A stretch of 64,000 nt of DNA. Origin: Hypanus sabinus (taxonomy: Eukaryota). Both the position numbers and the translations under genes were made by a program. The stretch's first letter is position 1. Each line of letters opens with the position of its first letter. The notes beneath the pieces are model-generated. The model did not search any database. It worked only from the letters and a program-made list of their open reading frames with translations, and was not told the origin of the DNA. Positions 11,176-26,209 of the stretch are shown piece after piece. The DNA is taken from positions 127,596,001 through 127,660,000 of the forward strand of contig NC_082714.1 of the NCBI RefSeq assembly GCF_030144855.1, written 5' to 3'.

Positions 11176-12474
11176 GGTAGTGGCAAGTTAAATAGACTGC
11201 TTCAGAATCCTTTGCATTTGTGACACAAAAAGAAAATTGGAGAGGGTATGAGAGAGGCAGTCATTTCACAACCGCTGTAAAATATGAAGATTCACCCTCC
11301 ACCTCTTAGCTCCCAGAATATCAGTCAATGTGAAATAAATATGCATATAAATTTCACTCAATCAAATTAAAATATTATAGGTCCTCAGGAAAATTGCTTC
11401 AATGTTTCTACCTCTTACAGAGCAAGAAGTTGTAAGATAAGCATAACATAATTTGAGTGAAAAACTGCAAAGCACATAATAAGGCTGCAAGCCCATTTGT
11501 GCTGTCAATTGGAGGTCAGAACTGACCCAAAATGTGCTTAAAACTAATCGAATTGCCAATATAAACAAAGCGATGTGAGTGCTGAATCAGATCTGGCTGA
11601 GGTTAATCATTCTGAAAGCTATTTAGAGGCAATGCAATCTAAGCAGTCACCAGATTAAAGGTTCCATCTGCTCTCTTGACTTACTGTCCATTCATTTACT
11701 CTTTTCTGTACTCTTAAACAAAGCAAGAAGAAACATATGCATCAGCACTGTTTTCGGAATAATTATACACAATACTATCCCATGGAGAGCTGGCATGGCA
11801 CTTGGAGGAACTGTATTCAATTTATCCCAGATTGATCTTGATCCTGACCTAAGAATGTGGATTGAAATTTAGTGAAAATCTGACCCAATATGTTTCTGTA
11901 CTTTTCCATCAGTGGGACACAATCAGAATTAAGGAATACTTGATCATTTGCAGCCTATTGTCAGACATTTTCTAAATTATTATGCAAACATAGAGCAAAA
12001 TGGATAAGGTAGTCTCCTGAGAAAAATTCCTATTGAAATGTTGAAATCTACTGCCCGTTTAGAGATTCAAAATATAGATTTGATTTCCTTTTACGGTCAT
12101 TAGTACTTTATTAAAGTATTTATGTCCATTAATTATGTTTATAAAAGTTTGGAATTATCAAGTTTAAAATAAATAGCTTCAAATTGTGACCTGTGGTCCA
12201 GGAAAACTGTTCATGTAACAGCATCGTAGTCTGTTCTGGACTATCAAAAATTATTAATACACTATTTTGATTGATTTTAATACTAATTTTAATTTGAATA
12301 TTACACATTCAAACTGGTAAATTTAAAAAGGGTTTCAGGAAACAGAAAGCTATGAGATTCTGCTGATACTGGAAATTTTGAGTTGTACATGTGTCTATGG
12401 AGGGAAATAAGCAGCCAACCAAAAGAACAACTGCTTACTTCATTCAATAGATACTGCTTGACTTTCTAAGTCAG

Positions 12475-13576
12475 TGATGGGAAGTGTATTATTATGCACT
12501 TTGATAGAAGAAATAAAATCATAGACAATTTTCTAAAAGGAGATGAGATTCAAAAATCTAAGTACAAGGGCTGATTGATAAGTTTGTGGCCTAAGGTAGA
12601 AGGAGAAGAGTTATACAGCTCTTGTGACATTCACATGCAGTTCAACTCTTTGAGTGATAATGCAGAAAGTTTGAAGTTAATAACTCATCTCCTTCTACCT
12701 TAGGCTATGGACTTATCAATCACTCCTGCTGTGGACTTTCTGGAGGTCCAAGAGCTATATGCTCCATGACTGCTGGACTAAGTGTGTAAATGTATGAGGG
12801 GACTATGTTGAAAAATATATGTGCTAGGTTTTCTAAAATCGACTCCTTCTACCTTAGGCCACAAACTTTTCAATCACCCCTCATAGCAAAGCGACTTGGG
12901 AGTCCTTGTAAAGTATTCCCTGAAAGATAATATGCAGGATGAGTCGGTGGTGAGGAAGGCAAATGCAATGTTAGCATTCATTTTGAGAAGTCTGGAAAGG
13001 CTTGGATATAATGATGAGGCTTTGTAAGGCATTGGTGAACATCATGTAAACAGTTTTGGGATCCCTATTTAAGCAAGGATATGCTGAGATTGGAGAGGCT
13101 TCAAAGGAGGTTCACGAAAATGATTCCGAGATTGAAAGGCCAACCATATGAGGAGTGATTGATGGCTCTGGGCCTGTTCTCTCTGGAATACAGAAAAATG
13201 AAGGAGGTCTCCTTGAAACCATACATTCAAAGACTTGATAGAGTAGATGTGAAGTGGATGTTTCCAATGCTGAAGGATTCTAAGACCGGAGGATTCAGCC
13301 TCAAAATGGAGGGATGTTCACTTAGAACAGAGATGGAGAGGAATTTCTTCAGCCAGAGTGCAGTGAATCTTTGCAACCTATTACAACAGATAGCTGTGGA
13401 GGCCAAAACATTGGGTATAGTTAAGGCAGAGGTTGATACATTCTAGATTAGTAAGGGCATAAAGGGAGAAGGCAAGAGACTGGGGCTGAGGGGGAAAATG
13501 GTTCAGCCATGATGAAATGGCAGAGAAGACTCAATGGGCCAAATGGTCTAATTCTGCTCCTGTGTCTTATGGTCTA
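12475..13576 (+). mobile_element. CR1 3' fragment, interrupted by a MITE
   Basis: ORF 13159-13446 is a CR1 ORF2 C-terminus; gtcttatggtct tail at ~13570. Confidence 0.88.
12563..12885. mobile_element. Mariner-like MITE
   Basis: ~40-bp TIRs (tacaagggctgattgataagtttgtggcctaaggtagaaggag and ctccttctaccttaggccacaaacttttcaatcacccctcata), TA ends; CR1 sequence resumes on both sides. Confidence 0.8.
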
Positions 13577-16119
13577 AGTTCCTCCAGTACTTTTCCTGTG
13601 CTATAGGAAAAGGAACAGGGTCAGTTTCAACCGAGCAACATGCAATCTGCTGTGGAGACTCAGCAGGTCGGCAAGTTTTACTCCAGTTTCTAGTATCTGC
13701 AGATTCGGTTCAGCACGGCCAAAAAAACAGGTAGGCTTAAAAAAGGCTTGAACTAGGGACAGGAAGGGCTGCGGCCTCATCAAGTGGACAGGGAGTGTGG
13801 GAGCCTTTGTGCTGGCAAGTGAAGAAGGAGTGAGGGAATCATGGCCCTGTTGTAAAAGTGAAGTATCTACCCCCATTTCATCAACCCTGTTACTATTTCA
13901 CCTACTCTTTAATTGATACAAACTAGTCATTAAATTTACTCTGGGATCCTAAGCAGGATGTGTTCAGAAAAGCTTCAATATGGTATGATCAAACGTGACA
14001 CAGTGATTGCATTTGAAGCAGAAATTAAAACTGGTGGATGGAAATTACATTTTCACCAAAATCCATAATAAATTAATGTTGATGTATGCCATCATTGAAA
14101 TGAGTAGCTGTTCTTTCTTATGCTACATGCTCCAAGCTTGTGAGGTAGAATTAAAGATATTAGATTTGGTTTTGGGTAAATCTAAAACATTAGAATTCAT
14201 AGAATGATGTGACATTAAGTGCACTGAGGATGTTTCACAATCAAAGTGTATAATTTAATAAAACAGATGTAGTGGGTCAAGAATTTTTTTATGTTTCATC
14301 AAATTAACCTTTCTGTTGGTTTTAGGGAAATTTTAGCCATTCATATAAAATATGCTTGTTCTGATGTGCAGTTATAACAATGGGAGCAGACCATTGTTAT
14401 GCTGTAATTCAAGATTCATTTATTTTCAGAGAATGTATAAATTATACAATCTTGTGACTTGCTTGCTCAATGGTGGCTACAAATCAAGAAACCCAAAAGA
14501 ACCCAATTATAAGACCAAAAAAAAGATAACATAAAAATGAATTCATGTTGTTTTCTGGTTTTAGTGCCATGCAAAAACCCATAGTCACTTTATATTTTTT
14601 ACTTTCCTTTCAGTAGGGGTGAGAACATATCTACATGGTTATTGAATATTTGATACGTTTTTACTGCTGTTTTACCATCCCTCTCCCAACACGACAAAGG
14701 CAGTAATTTAATGACACCATTACTTAACTACGCTCAGGATTTTTATTACATTTAGTACATATATTTTACTTGTATTCATCAGTTTTTCCCACAGAGTATT
14801 TAATAAAGGAGGAAGCATTTCTGCAGATTTGATGGTCACACAGGGCATTGGTGATTTCTATGTTCCATCAAGACAAAAGCACACTGGTGTATGACAAACC
14901 TGAATGTGAATGGCATAGGCAAAGCTGGTCTGTTGTTACTGTGCTGAGCGTAATAATGTTAAGCAAAATAGAATTCTGGCAACCTGGACAGGAATTCCAT
15001 CTATCAGTGCTAAATTAATGACTGCAACCAAAATCCTGTTCTTTCTTTGTATTGATATTTCTTAATAAATATAGATTATTAACAGGATAATTAACCTATT
15101 ACAGTATTGGAATTGCACTACTTTGTAGAAATCCAAAGATGGCCAATTATCATGATTATGATGACTGCTCATCAATTTTATGCTGGAACAGGTACCTCTG
15201 AGTTGATCAAACTACTTGGCAACTGCTCATGTTTTAATTAGCATGGAATGTTTGTTATAACCAGAATAATGTACAAATGAAGCATTGAAAGCTATATCAT
15301 CTTCAGCCTATTCAGTTAATCTGTTACAATTGCTGCATAATTGTCAGTGTTTCTGTGAGCGCTGTGTGTGTTTGCTTTTGTATGCCATTGCTTCCCTGTT
15401 TGCATCTTTTATAGATATCCAAGAGCGAGTTACACAGTTATAAACTAATGATAATGTTCAGGTACAATATAAATAATGAGACTACAGCTTGTGCAATTAC
15501 AATCTTTTAAACATTGAGATTGGATTATGTTCTAAAATTGCTTGCTAGTATCCAACTATAGTATTAGAACTTGTAATTGTATCTAGAGAGGATTTAATGC
15601 ACTATATCAAACTTACAGAGTGTATATCATATCTTAAGCAACTTACAGTTTTGGAGTATCATTTAGTTCCAAATATATCAAAAATGCAAATACATTTGCA
15701 AGAGGGAAATAAAACAACATAATTAATCTGTTTTACAATTCTGACTCATTTTTATTTTCTTATACAATACCATGGATAATGGGGCTAAGGATGGTGTAAT
15801 TTATAACTATTATTTGAATGTTAAGACAGGATTGTTTCTCTCAAATTGCTCGCTATTATGTAGCTTTGTAATTAAAAGTTTTGATTGAATCTAGAATGGT
15901 TTGATACACAGCATCGTACTTAGAAAACATCCATCACATCTGAGACTGTTACACATCTGTGTCTATCAGTTCCGAAAGTATCAAACATGGATTGACTGAA
16001 TAAGTGAAATAAAGAAACACCATTAGACTGTTTAGCAAGAATAAAGTCTTTTCATTTTATTACACAGTAGAAAAGCTACTGATTAATAATATTGAATTGT
16101 TTTACTGTCTTGCAAACAC

Positions 16120-16510
16120 AACCTCCAACCTGATGGCATGAACATTGATTTCTCAAACTTCTGGTAATGCCCCCCACCCTCCCTTCAACATTTCTCATCT
16201 CCCTGCCCCTCTCTCACCTTGCCTCCTTGTCTGCCTATTGTCTCCCTTTGCTGCTCATCTCCCCTTTTCCTTTCTTCCATGGCCTTCTGTCTCTTTTACC
16301 AAGCAACTTCCCAGCTTTTACTTCATCCCTCCCCTTCCAGGTTTCTCCTATCACCTTGTGTTTCTCTCTCCCCACCCCCAACTTTTAAATCTACTCCTCA
16401 GCTTTTTTTCTCCAGACCTGCCGAAGGGTTTCAGTGTGAAACATCAACTACTTTTTTCCATAGATGTTGCCTGGCCTGCTGAGTTCCTCCAGCATTTTGT
16501 GTGTGTTGCA
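16120..16510 (+). mobile_element. Penelope-like 3' end/pLTR fragment
   Basis: ctccaacctgatggcatgaacattgatttctc (as at 21088), pyrimidine tract, degenerate hammerhead core, gagttcctccagcattttgtgtgt tail. Confidence 0.8.
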
Positions 16511-16535
16511 AACACAAAACAGCTTTATTGTATAT

Positions 16536-17165
16536 TACGAGAGGCGATTGATAAGTTTGTGGCCTGAGGTAGAAGGAGGCTATTTTAGAAAACCTAGAAC
16601 ATTTATTTTTCAATATAGTTTCCTCCCCCCCCCCCCCACATGCACACACTTAGTCCAGCGGTCGTGGAGCATACGGATTGCTTCTTTGTAGAAGTAGTCC
16701 ACAGTAGGGGTGATTGATAAGTTCGTGGCCTTGGGTAGAGAGATGAGCTATAACTACACACTTTCTGCATTATCACTCAGAGTTGAACTACATGTGCACG
16801 TAACAAGAGCGTCTTGGACCTCCAGGTGGTCCACAGCAGGGGTGATTGATAGGTTTGTGGCCTAAGATAGGAGATGAGTTATACAGCTCTCGTTACATGC
16901 ACACGCAGTTCAGCTTTTTGAGTGATTATGCAGAAAGTTTGAAGTTAATAACTCATCTCCTTCTACCTTAAGCCACGAACCTATCAATCACCCCATACTG
17001 TGGACCACTTCTGGGGGTTCAAGACACTGACTTCTACAAAGAAGGGATCTGTATGCTCCACAACCACTGGACTAAGTGTGTAAATGTAGGAAAAATAAAT
17101 GTGCTAGGTTTTCTAAAATTGACTCCTTCTACCATAGGCCACGAATTTATCAATCACCTCTTGCA
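16536..17165. mobile_element. Compound mariner-like MITE with five TIR copies
   Basis: Same TIR as 12563; forward at ~16536, 16707, 16839 and reverse ending at ~16994 and 17160. Confidence 0.8.
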
Positions 17166-17179
17166 CTTCAAGAATAATT

Positions 17180-17260
17180 GAGGGGTTCTCAAACTTTTTT
17201 TATGCCATGGAGCCCACCGTAAACCAGGGGGTCCATGGGACCCAGACTGGAAACCCCTGC
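17180..17260. mobile_element. Small hAT (Charlie/MER5-like) MITE
   Basis: aggggttctcaaac ... actggaaacccctg imperfect TIRs. Confidence 0.55.
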
Positions 17261-17811
17261 TTTAGTGGTATTCAGAATTTTTGTTACCTCTGATGAATCA
17301 TTTCACATTTTTTTTAAGTTTAGTGTGACTGATTCTGAATAAGTTAAAGTATAAAATTTATGAAAATATTTAGCTTTTTGATTCTTGATTTCCATTGTAG
17401 GTTTCTCTCATAGTTTTTTTTTGTCGCAATTTTTGGTTTCCAGCTCAAAGGTACAAGCACATAATATAAAGGAATATATTTCCCTTGGCATTGCTCATTC
17501 AACATTTCATGAATATTTTGAAACATTTCATGAAATTATTTTATTTTACTTTATTGAGTTTCCTGAAGATTTTTCCATTCCTGGCCTCAGTAAATATTTA
17601 TGGCTCATATTGACTTGATCTTTTGATTATTATACTGTATGTTACCTAGTACATCAGAAGGAAACATAATTAAAAAATCAATATGATAACATGTCAATTG
17701 AATCCTCCTTCTGAAATATTGTTTCATTAAATCAAAGGAACCAAGTTTGAAAAAAAGATTTAACACCCACTCCGCAAGACCATAAGACATAGGAGCAGAA
17801 TTAGGCCATCT

Positions 17812-18215
17812 CTGAGGACCAATCCTAAGCCCAACATATTGATGCAGCTACAAAGAAGGTGCAGCAGTGGCTATACTTCATTAGGAGTTTGAGGAGATTC
17901 GGTATGTTACCAAAGACACTTGCAAGTTCCTACAGATGTGCCATAGCTGACTGCATCACCCTCTGATATGGGGGGGGGGGGGGTAGTGGGTGGAGCAACT
18001 GCTGTAGAGAATCAAAGTAAGCTGCAGAGAGTTGTGAACTTAGCTACATCATGGGCACTAGCCTCCATAGTATCCAGGATATTTTCAAGAAGTAATGCCT
18101 CAGAAAGGTGGTGTCGATCATTAAGGATCCCCACCACCCAGGTGATGCCTTGCTTTCATTACTACGATCAGGAAAGAAGTCCAGAAGCCTGAAGGCACAC
18201 ACTCCACTCATGGCT
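17812..18215 (+). mobile_element. Rex1/Babar-like LINE 3' fragment
   Basis: Decayed KK.QQ.LYFIRSLRRFG and IIKDPHHP motifs. Confidence 0.65.
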
Positions 18216-19739
18216 GAATCATTATGAATCAATGCATTGTAGAGAACCAAACATAATCTTTTATTCATAAATCCACAGTAACTAACAGGATTGAAATTGC
18301 ACCAAAACATGTTTTTGAATCATCCTTTAAAGTTTCAAAGTTCAGTTTTATGGAACTTTATTACATGAAGATTGTCAATGTTTTCTATATTTTCATCTGT
18401 TAGTGTTACTTTGAACATCTGTCATTGTTATATGCAAAGGAAGAAGTTTGTTAACTGCTGTATGGAAACCTTTTTGTCTATAATTATATTAATTTGACAG
18501 CTAACAATATTTAACCCATTGCAGGAAATCTGAGTATCACTATTGGATCTCTCGATGTTTTGATAGTCCAAGTTTTCTACATTTTCCAATATGAAATTGC
18601 AACGGTTTTATGTAAATATATTTTGAGTGAAGTCAGAGTGATTTTTGTACAACATAGTGTTTCATAATTCTTCCAAGCTTCATTCCAGCTTCATTGCAGT
18701 CTCATTGAAACCTAAGATCCAGAACACGGGATGTTTATGCCATTTATGGGATTTTTAACTTGCTTCATACATACCAACACTGGACTTCTCATCTGCAATA
18801 TCATCCTCCACCTGTCTGGTTTTTGCAATTTCCTTTCTAGTTGCCTCTGTCTTGCAAATTCCTCCCACCTTTTCAAATGTGCTATAACTAATCTTCACTT
18901 CGATCTGATCCCTCAATCGGTTCCTTAACCTTTACTGAAAGTTCTGTTTGCTGCAGATTTTTCTTTTTTTTTGCAGTAAATCTTCATGTTGATGACAACA
19001 CTATTGGAATAAATGTTGTTGTGTTTTGTATCATCCTTTCTACAATTAAATAGAATGAAGATAGCCATTTATCATAATACTACTATGATTCTTACCTTAT
19101 TAACAATCATAAAGCAATTTGAAAATTCTTGAAATGGTCTGTTTTGTGTTTGCAATGAAGAATCATGGTTTACCAGCATGTAGGTATTTTGATAGAGGCT
19201 AAACACATATTTGTGAAATTTAGTTTGTATTGAAATAGTAATTATTTTCATGTTATTAGGTAGTTATTTCATTATCATTTCCCATCGGTTCATAGATCTG
19301 CTTCAATATTGACTCTACAACACTGGATCATTTAATATATGGTTTGGGCAGGTTTAATTATTGTAGAGGCATAGCTCTAGACATCAGATTCATAGAATAT
19401 TCATTCAGATGTTGTTTCATTAGTACGGGAAACATATTGAAGTTCTCTGCAGCATCGATAGATATCCTAGCCACCTTTCTTATTGCTGAGTGTGATTTAT
19501 GGATTCTGATATTATGACTGTAGCTGGAGACTTAAAAGTTTGTTATTCAGCCTGACAAGCAGTCATTCTGGAAGAAAGAATCTTGGATTGCTCTCACTGC
19601 ACTCAAGTACATCAAAATGTTATACTTTTTAAGCACAGAGAGATCAGCAGGTGATTAAAGCCAGCTTCAACTTCAACATCTTGGGTGCTCCATAGAATTA
19701 TATCTATGACATAATATATCATACCTCAATTCTATTCTG

Positions 19740-21485
19740 TCTGCTTTGGTTCAGTCTTTCCCCATCTACAACCATGGCATTTCTCATGCTCTCGATCTTC
19801 TCAGTAACTTTCATTTCCCTGGCTCTGACCACCTCCTTTTCACCATGGATGTCCAGTCCCTATACACCTCTTCTGCCCATCGAATTGGTTTTATAGCTTT
19901 CTTATTCTTTCTCAATAAAAGAACCAATCAGTTTCCCTCCACCACCACCACCCTCCTTCTGGGAGAATTGGTCCTCATCCTCAACAATTTCTCCTTTGGC
20001 TTCAATGACTTTCTCCAGATTTGAGGGATAGTCATGGGCATCCACACGGGCCCCAGTTATGCCTGCTTTTTTGTTAGCTATATAGAACAGTCCATGTTCC
20101 AAACCTTCACCAGTAATACTCCTCAATTTTTCCTCTGCTACATTGCTGCTGCTTCATGTACCCATGCTGAGCTCTGCAATTCCATCAACTTTGTCTCCAA
20201 CTTCCACCCTACCCTTAAATTCACTTGGTCTTTTTCTGACCCCTCCCGCCTTTTTCGCAATCTCTCTGTCTCCATTTCTGGGGACAAACGGTCAACCGCC
20301 GTTTTAAAAAGCCTACCAATTCCCATAGTTATCTTAACTCTTCCCACTCTGTCTCCTGTAAAAATGCTACTCACTTTTCTCAGTTCCTTTGTCTCCACTG
20401 CATCTGCTGTCAGGATGTGGCTTTCCTTTTCAGGTCATCAGAGATATCCTCCTCCTTCAAAGAATGGGGTTTCCCTTCCTCCATCATTGATGTTGTTCTC
20501 ACCCTACATATCCTTCCTTTCCCAAACATCCAAGCTCACCCCATCTTCGCACCACTGTAACAGTGATACAGCCTCTTATTCCTTACCCCATGACCTCCAC
20601 ATCCAGCACATAGTTCTTTGCAACTTCCACCTTCTCCAAAGGGATTCTACCACCAAACATATATTTACCTCCCTCTGTTCTCCACTTTCTGCAGAGGTTG
20701 CTCCCTCCTTTGTCCCCTTGTCCATTCATTCCTCCTGACTAATCACCCTCCTGGCAATTAACTCTGCAAGTGGCCAACGGCTAAACCATGTGCCCATTCA
20801 CCTCCTCCCTTAGATCCATTACAGGTCCCAAACAGTTCTTCCAGGAGAGCCTCCTGTTTACTGAGTCCAAATATACTCTGAGGTTCACTTCAGACTGCAC
20901 AACACATCATAAATTGGGATCTGCTTCATCAGGGACTTCTGCTCCATTTGCCAAAAGCAGAACTTCATGGTCGTCAACCCTTATAATTGCTATCTCCTTT
21001 CCTGTTCTAACATACCAGTCCATGGCTTCCTCTTGTGCCATGATGAGGGCACACTCAGAGTGGAAGAGCAACATTTTATATTCTAGCCTCCAACCTGATG
21101 GCATGAATATTGATTTCTCCTTCCAGTAAAAAAAATTCTCTCTCCCTCCCCTCTTTTTCTGTTCCCCGCTCTAGCCCCTTATCTCTTCTCACCCGCCAAT
21201 CACCTCTCCCTGGGTCCCCTCCTTGTTCCCCTTCTCCTGTGGTCCCCTTTCCACTCCTATTAGATTCCTTTCTCTCCAGCCCTTTACCTTTCCTACAACC
21301 TGGCTTCTCCTGTCACCGTCTAGCTTTCCTCTTTCCCCTTTCCCCACCTTTTTTTATTCTGTTGGTCTTCCCCCTTCCATTCCTATCCTGAAGAAATGTC
21401 TTGACCTGAAATGATGACTGTTTATTCATTTCCATAGGTGATCTCTGACTTGCTGAGTTCCTCTAGCATTTTGTGTGTTGCTTAG
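19740..21485 (+). mobile_element. Penelope-like element, decayed RT, endonuclease region and pLTR
   Basis: LLFTMDVQSLYTS, ELVLILNNFSF, MG...GPSYACFFVSYIEQ, FHPTLKFT, terminal SLQPDGMNIDFS, then the pLTR tail. Confidence 0.85.
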
Positions 21486-21494
21486 GATTATAAC

Positions 21495-22185
21495 TGTATA
21501 ATAGGAGCAATGTTCAAATGAAGGTACAGCAGGCAGTGAAGAAAGCTAATGGCATGCTGGCCTTTATAACAAGAGGAAATGAGTATAGGAATAGAGGTCC
21601 TTCTGCAGCTGTACAGGGCCCTGGTGAGACCCCACCTGGAGTATTGTGTGCAGTTTTGGTCTCCAAATTTGAGGAAGGACATTCTTGGTATTGAGGGAGT
21701 GCAGCATAGGTCACAAGGTTAATTCCCAGAATGGCGGGACTGTCATATGTTGAAAGATTGGAGCGACTGGGCTTGTATACACTGGAATTTAGAAGGATGA
21801 GAGGGGATCTGATTGAAACATATAAGATTATTAAGGGATTGGACACGCTGGAGGCAGGAAGCATGTTCCCCCTGATGGGTGAGTCCAGAACTAGAGGCCA
21901 CAGTTTAAGAATAAGGGGTAGGCCATTTAGAACAGAGATGCAGAAAAACTTTTTCACCCAGAGAGTGGTGGATACATGGAATGCTCTGCCCCAGAAGGCA
22001 GTGGAGGCTAAGTCTTTGGATGCATTCAAGAGAGAGTTAGATAGAGCTCTTATAGATAGCAGGGTCAAGGAATATGGGGAGAGGGCAGGAACGAGGTACT
22101 GATTGTGTATGATCAGCCATGATCACAGTGAATGGCGGTGCTGGCTAGAAGGGCCAAATGGCCTACTCCTGCACCTATTGTCAAT
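21495..22185 (+). mobile_element. CR1 3' fragment
   Basis: ORF 21731-22102 (LSYVERLERLGLYTLEFRRMRGDLIETYKI), [15 protein letters not shown] upstream. Confidence 0.93.
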
Positions 22186-23611
22186 TGTCTATTTCTGCAT
22201 ATTGAAACACTTATGTTGTGAACTCAGATACCCTAAACAATATTGAGAGGTAGCTCTCTCGACAGATGATGATGCAGCAATTCTTGTTCCGGACTGGTTC
22301 TCATTTGTTTTAAATGGCTGCTCACCCACCTCATATCTCCTGAAAGATACCTCAACAAACCTTAACCAAAGAAAACTCAAGAAAAAATGTGATATTTTCC
22401 TTTGCATCTTGAATATGAAGGCTTAGTGGTTAAAGAAATAAACAAATGGCTCAAATGACATGAGATCAAATCTCACATGGTTTAATTGTGAAACTGTAAT
22501 ATGTGGTCTGACACCTGCAGGGCAAAATAGATATCCCGAAAAACTTGATCGATACACTACCAGCCACCCAAGTGACTGGAAGGTGAGAGCACTCCTTTGC
22601 AAATTTTGCCCATTCCAAGAACAATTTTCCTTTTGCACACTTTCAGATCCTTCACATTTATATTAAAATAATCTGTTTCTGAATTAGATTTGCTTAGTCT
22701 ATACATAATTGTTAAGATTTCTGTGTAGTTCCCTCTATTTAATTTCGCACAAAGCTACTTATTTAAGATTTATGCACAAGATCTTAAGTGCATTTTTTTA
22801 ACCAGGCAAAAACCTACAGTGCATTCCTAGTACTTTATATTTCTATGGCAACTAGAATTACAATTCTGTGGTAGAATATTGTAAATTAAGCGGCAACTTC
22901 AGATCAATGTCTTCTATGTTTGATAAAGAGCCCACATTGGATAATTTCCTTCAAACAGCAATGCCTGGATTATCATTATAGTGTTTTGTTTTATCACCAA
23001 TAGACACATAACCTGGAATAGCTGGGTGGTCATATATTTCTCTATTAACTGGAAATTGCTCAGCGTTTATTTGAAATCAGAGTAGGGGTATGCAAGGAGA
23101 AAACAAATTGAGTTCTTCGTAAAGTTGACAATTGTTATTTCCTCCATTGAGAAAATATTTAATCGGATAATATATTAACATGGTATATTAATATGTAAGC
23201 ATATAAGTAAATTGCTTTGGTATGTCAAATTACAATATTATCATGTGTGGTGTAAATGCATGTTAGTTATTTAAGTCTGAAGTACAGCACACATATTGTT
23301 CCTGGTGCCTCTTAGAGATTATTATCATTAGAACCTACCAGCACTACAAGAACTACCTCAAAGTTTATTGAAAGCAGTTTTCAGAGGCACATTATAATCA
23401 AAGGTATATAAGAGGTAAAAGAAGAGGCACATCAGAGGTATATAATTTCAGGCTAAGAAAACTGAGTTGGAGCTGATCCATTTTCCGGTACAGCACTGGC
23501 ATTTTGAAAAATAAAACAGACAGGTAAATTGTTATATTTATTTGATTTTATTTAGGGATACAGCATGGAACCGGCTCTGACGGCTCTTTGAGGTGCACTG
23601 CCCCAGCAATC

Positions 23612-23760
23612 CTACTAGGTATGTCTTTGGTCTGCGGGAAGAAACTGGAGTACTCGGGAAACCCACAGGGAGGATGTAGAGGAGCTCCTTCCAGAGCATG
23701 CCGGAATTGAACTCCATACTCTGATACCCCGAGCTGTAATAGCATCGCACTAACATGTAC
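23612..23760 (-). mobile_element. tRNA-derived SINE (V-SINE/HE1-like)
   Basis: Minus strand has B-box-like ggagttcaattcc and V-domain-like gggtttcccgagtactccagtttcttcccgcagaccaaagac. Confidence 0.6.
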
Positions 23761-26209
23761 TGAAGTACAGTGGAAAATTCTGTTTTGCATGCCATCTATG
23801 TAGATGATTTCATCACACCAGTGAATTGACATAGTACAGGGGAGAACAATAATAGAATGCAGAACAAGGTGTTAAATAAAGGTCAAGGAATTATAATTAT
23901 AATCATGATTTCTTTTGTTGCACTGTATGCCAGTGACATTCACTATGTCAGATATGACAAGATTATTCCAGATACTATTGCTACCAGAGGAACTGAAGCC
24001 TATAATAGCAATAGGCTTTAAAGTCAGCTTCTAATAACTGAATATCATCAATAGTGGGAAGTAGTCGGCACCCACTGATGAATCGATAATTTCCCTCCTG
24101 ATCCAGCTCCCAGATGATTTCATCTGGTTGCACTGTGTTCCTTTCTCCCAATAATACTTGTATCATATTGGAAAATTTGATCCTTTCTCAGGTCTTTTTC
24201 CGAAGGAGGACATTTTAAGGTTCCCTCAGTACTAATTTTTTTTAGCTTATCCCGAATTGTTTTAGACATATATAAACTGGACAAATAAAAAAATAATTTT
24301 AAAAATTAAAATTAAAATTGGAATTGTTGACAATGAACTTTCATCTACTGTGATCATATGAAAGTGTATTTTTAAATCTGTGGAGAGTATTTTGTCAAAC
24401 TACTAAGATATATATTACAAACCATTTTATGATAAATGTTTGATTCACTGCCCATGTCCAGACAGTCATCTCTTTGAGAATCTGCTGTCTGTCAGGCTGG
24501 AACTACCTTCATAAAGTATTGTTTTCATGAACAACAGTACTCAGAGCCTTAATGCTTTGCTTTTGAAGTCAGCTGTAAACAAAGGAGCCAGCCATTTATC
24601 ATACTTATATTTGACCCACAGGTCTTCTGTGAGTTCTACATTGGAACAGCAAGTGACTAGAACACTTCATAGACTGACAAAAATATTCCACAGATCTGAA
24701 ACTTCTGTGAGGAGAGGTTGTATCCACTCATCCCCATAACAAATCAGATTGTGCAATTCAGATTCTGTAGCAGGAAATGCATATTAGAATTGTTGATTCA
24801 ATATTACATCATGAACAATAGAAAATGAAATAATAACATGGAAGAAAGATTGAATAAAGCAATAGGTAGAAGAAGTGGAAACAAATTGTTCTTTTATATA
24901 TATATCTGACAATAACTAAAAACTAAAAGAATGAGAAGGCGCAGGTAAAAGGAAATTTTGAAAGCCTGTTAAAGATTCATTGTTATTTTAACCATATACA
25001 AAGTTAATAAATAGAAACAGATATTTTGTAGCATATTTAGAGAATGTTTCACTGTACATTCTGTACTCACTAAGACTGTTGATCTAATATTATTGTAATT
25101 AAAACAATATCGTGTACTTATCATACAATAGAATTAGGATCAGGAATATGCCACTTGGAACTCAGCCCTGTTCCAGCATTTAATGAAACCATGACTAACC
25201 TAACTGCAGATTCAATTCTGCATTTAGTGGCTTTTCAGTCACTTGCTTATCTAGTATCTATCTACCTCTGCTTCAACAATATTCAAATGCTTTTATTCCA
25301 CCATCCTTTGAAGTAGAATTCCAAAGACCTTTAGAGGAAAAAAATGTCTTGTCTAAGATCAATGTCTTTTTATTTTTAAATAGAGACCATCATTTAAGTT
25401 CTCACACATCCTCTTTATATCAAAACTATGAAGACTTCTCAAGTCACCTCATTTTCTGATTTGGCATATTGCAGCTTTCAGGAGTTAACAATGAATTGAA
25501 CTATTTTTATAATCGGTTATTACGACCTTATATCACACATTTCTAACACTCTGTTGCTCCCTCTCTTCTCCTTCAGGTTTCAAATGCTATGATGGTGTTA
25601 CAATGGCATGAAGGAATAGATATTTCACATTTCACTCCTCGTTAAGAATCAGGTGTGAGAATTGCTTCCTAACCATGGTGAGATGGCCTACTGTTGAGAG
25701 CTCTTTTTTCCTCTGCCTCCTTTGAACAGCTTGACTTGCTCTAGTTGCTCCCAGCTCATTTCCCATTAGGAATCCACTCTCTATATACCCCAGAATTTCA
25801 ATAATCCTTAAAACTGTTACTGTATATTTACTAGTGGACATTGAATTTGCTGATACAGATAGAGATCTTTTTCAATCTGAAGGAAAACGAGCAATAACGA
25901 TTGTTGAGACAGTGTGCACGTTCATGCAAGAGAGAAGACATGTCAGAAAAAACTCCCCAAGCTTCCCTCATTTATTCCACTATTTCGCAGCATTATCAAA
26001 ACAGATATATTTGTTAAATGTTCTGATTAACCTTCCTATTGTCTTCAGATTAAAACACATAACAATAGAATAAACAGAATATAAATGGTAAGTTTTGCAT
26101 TAAAGAATTTTCTTAACTGTAGGTATAAATATAAAAATATCATTGGTTAATAATGGGAAAACTAGCTTAAAATGTTAACACCAGTGAATCTGCAGATGCA
26201 GGAAATAAA

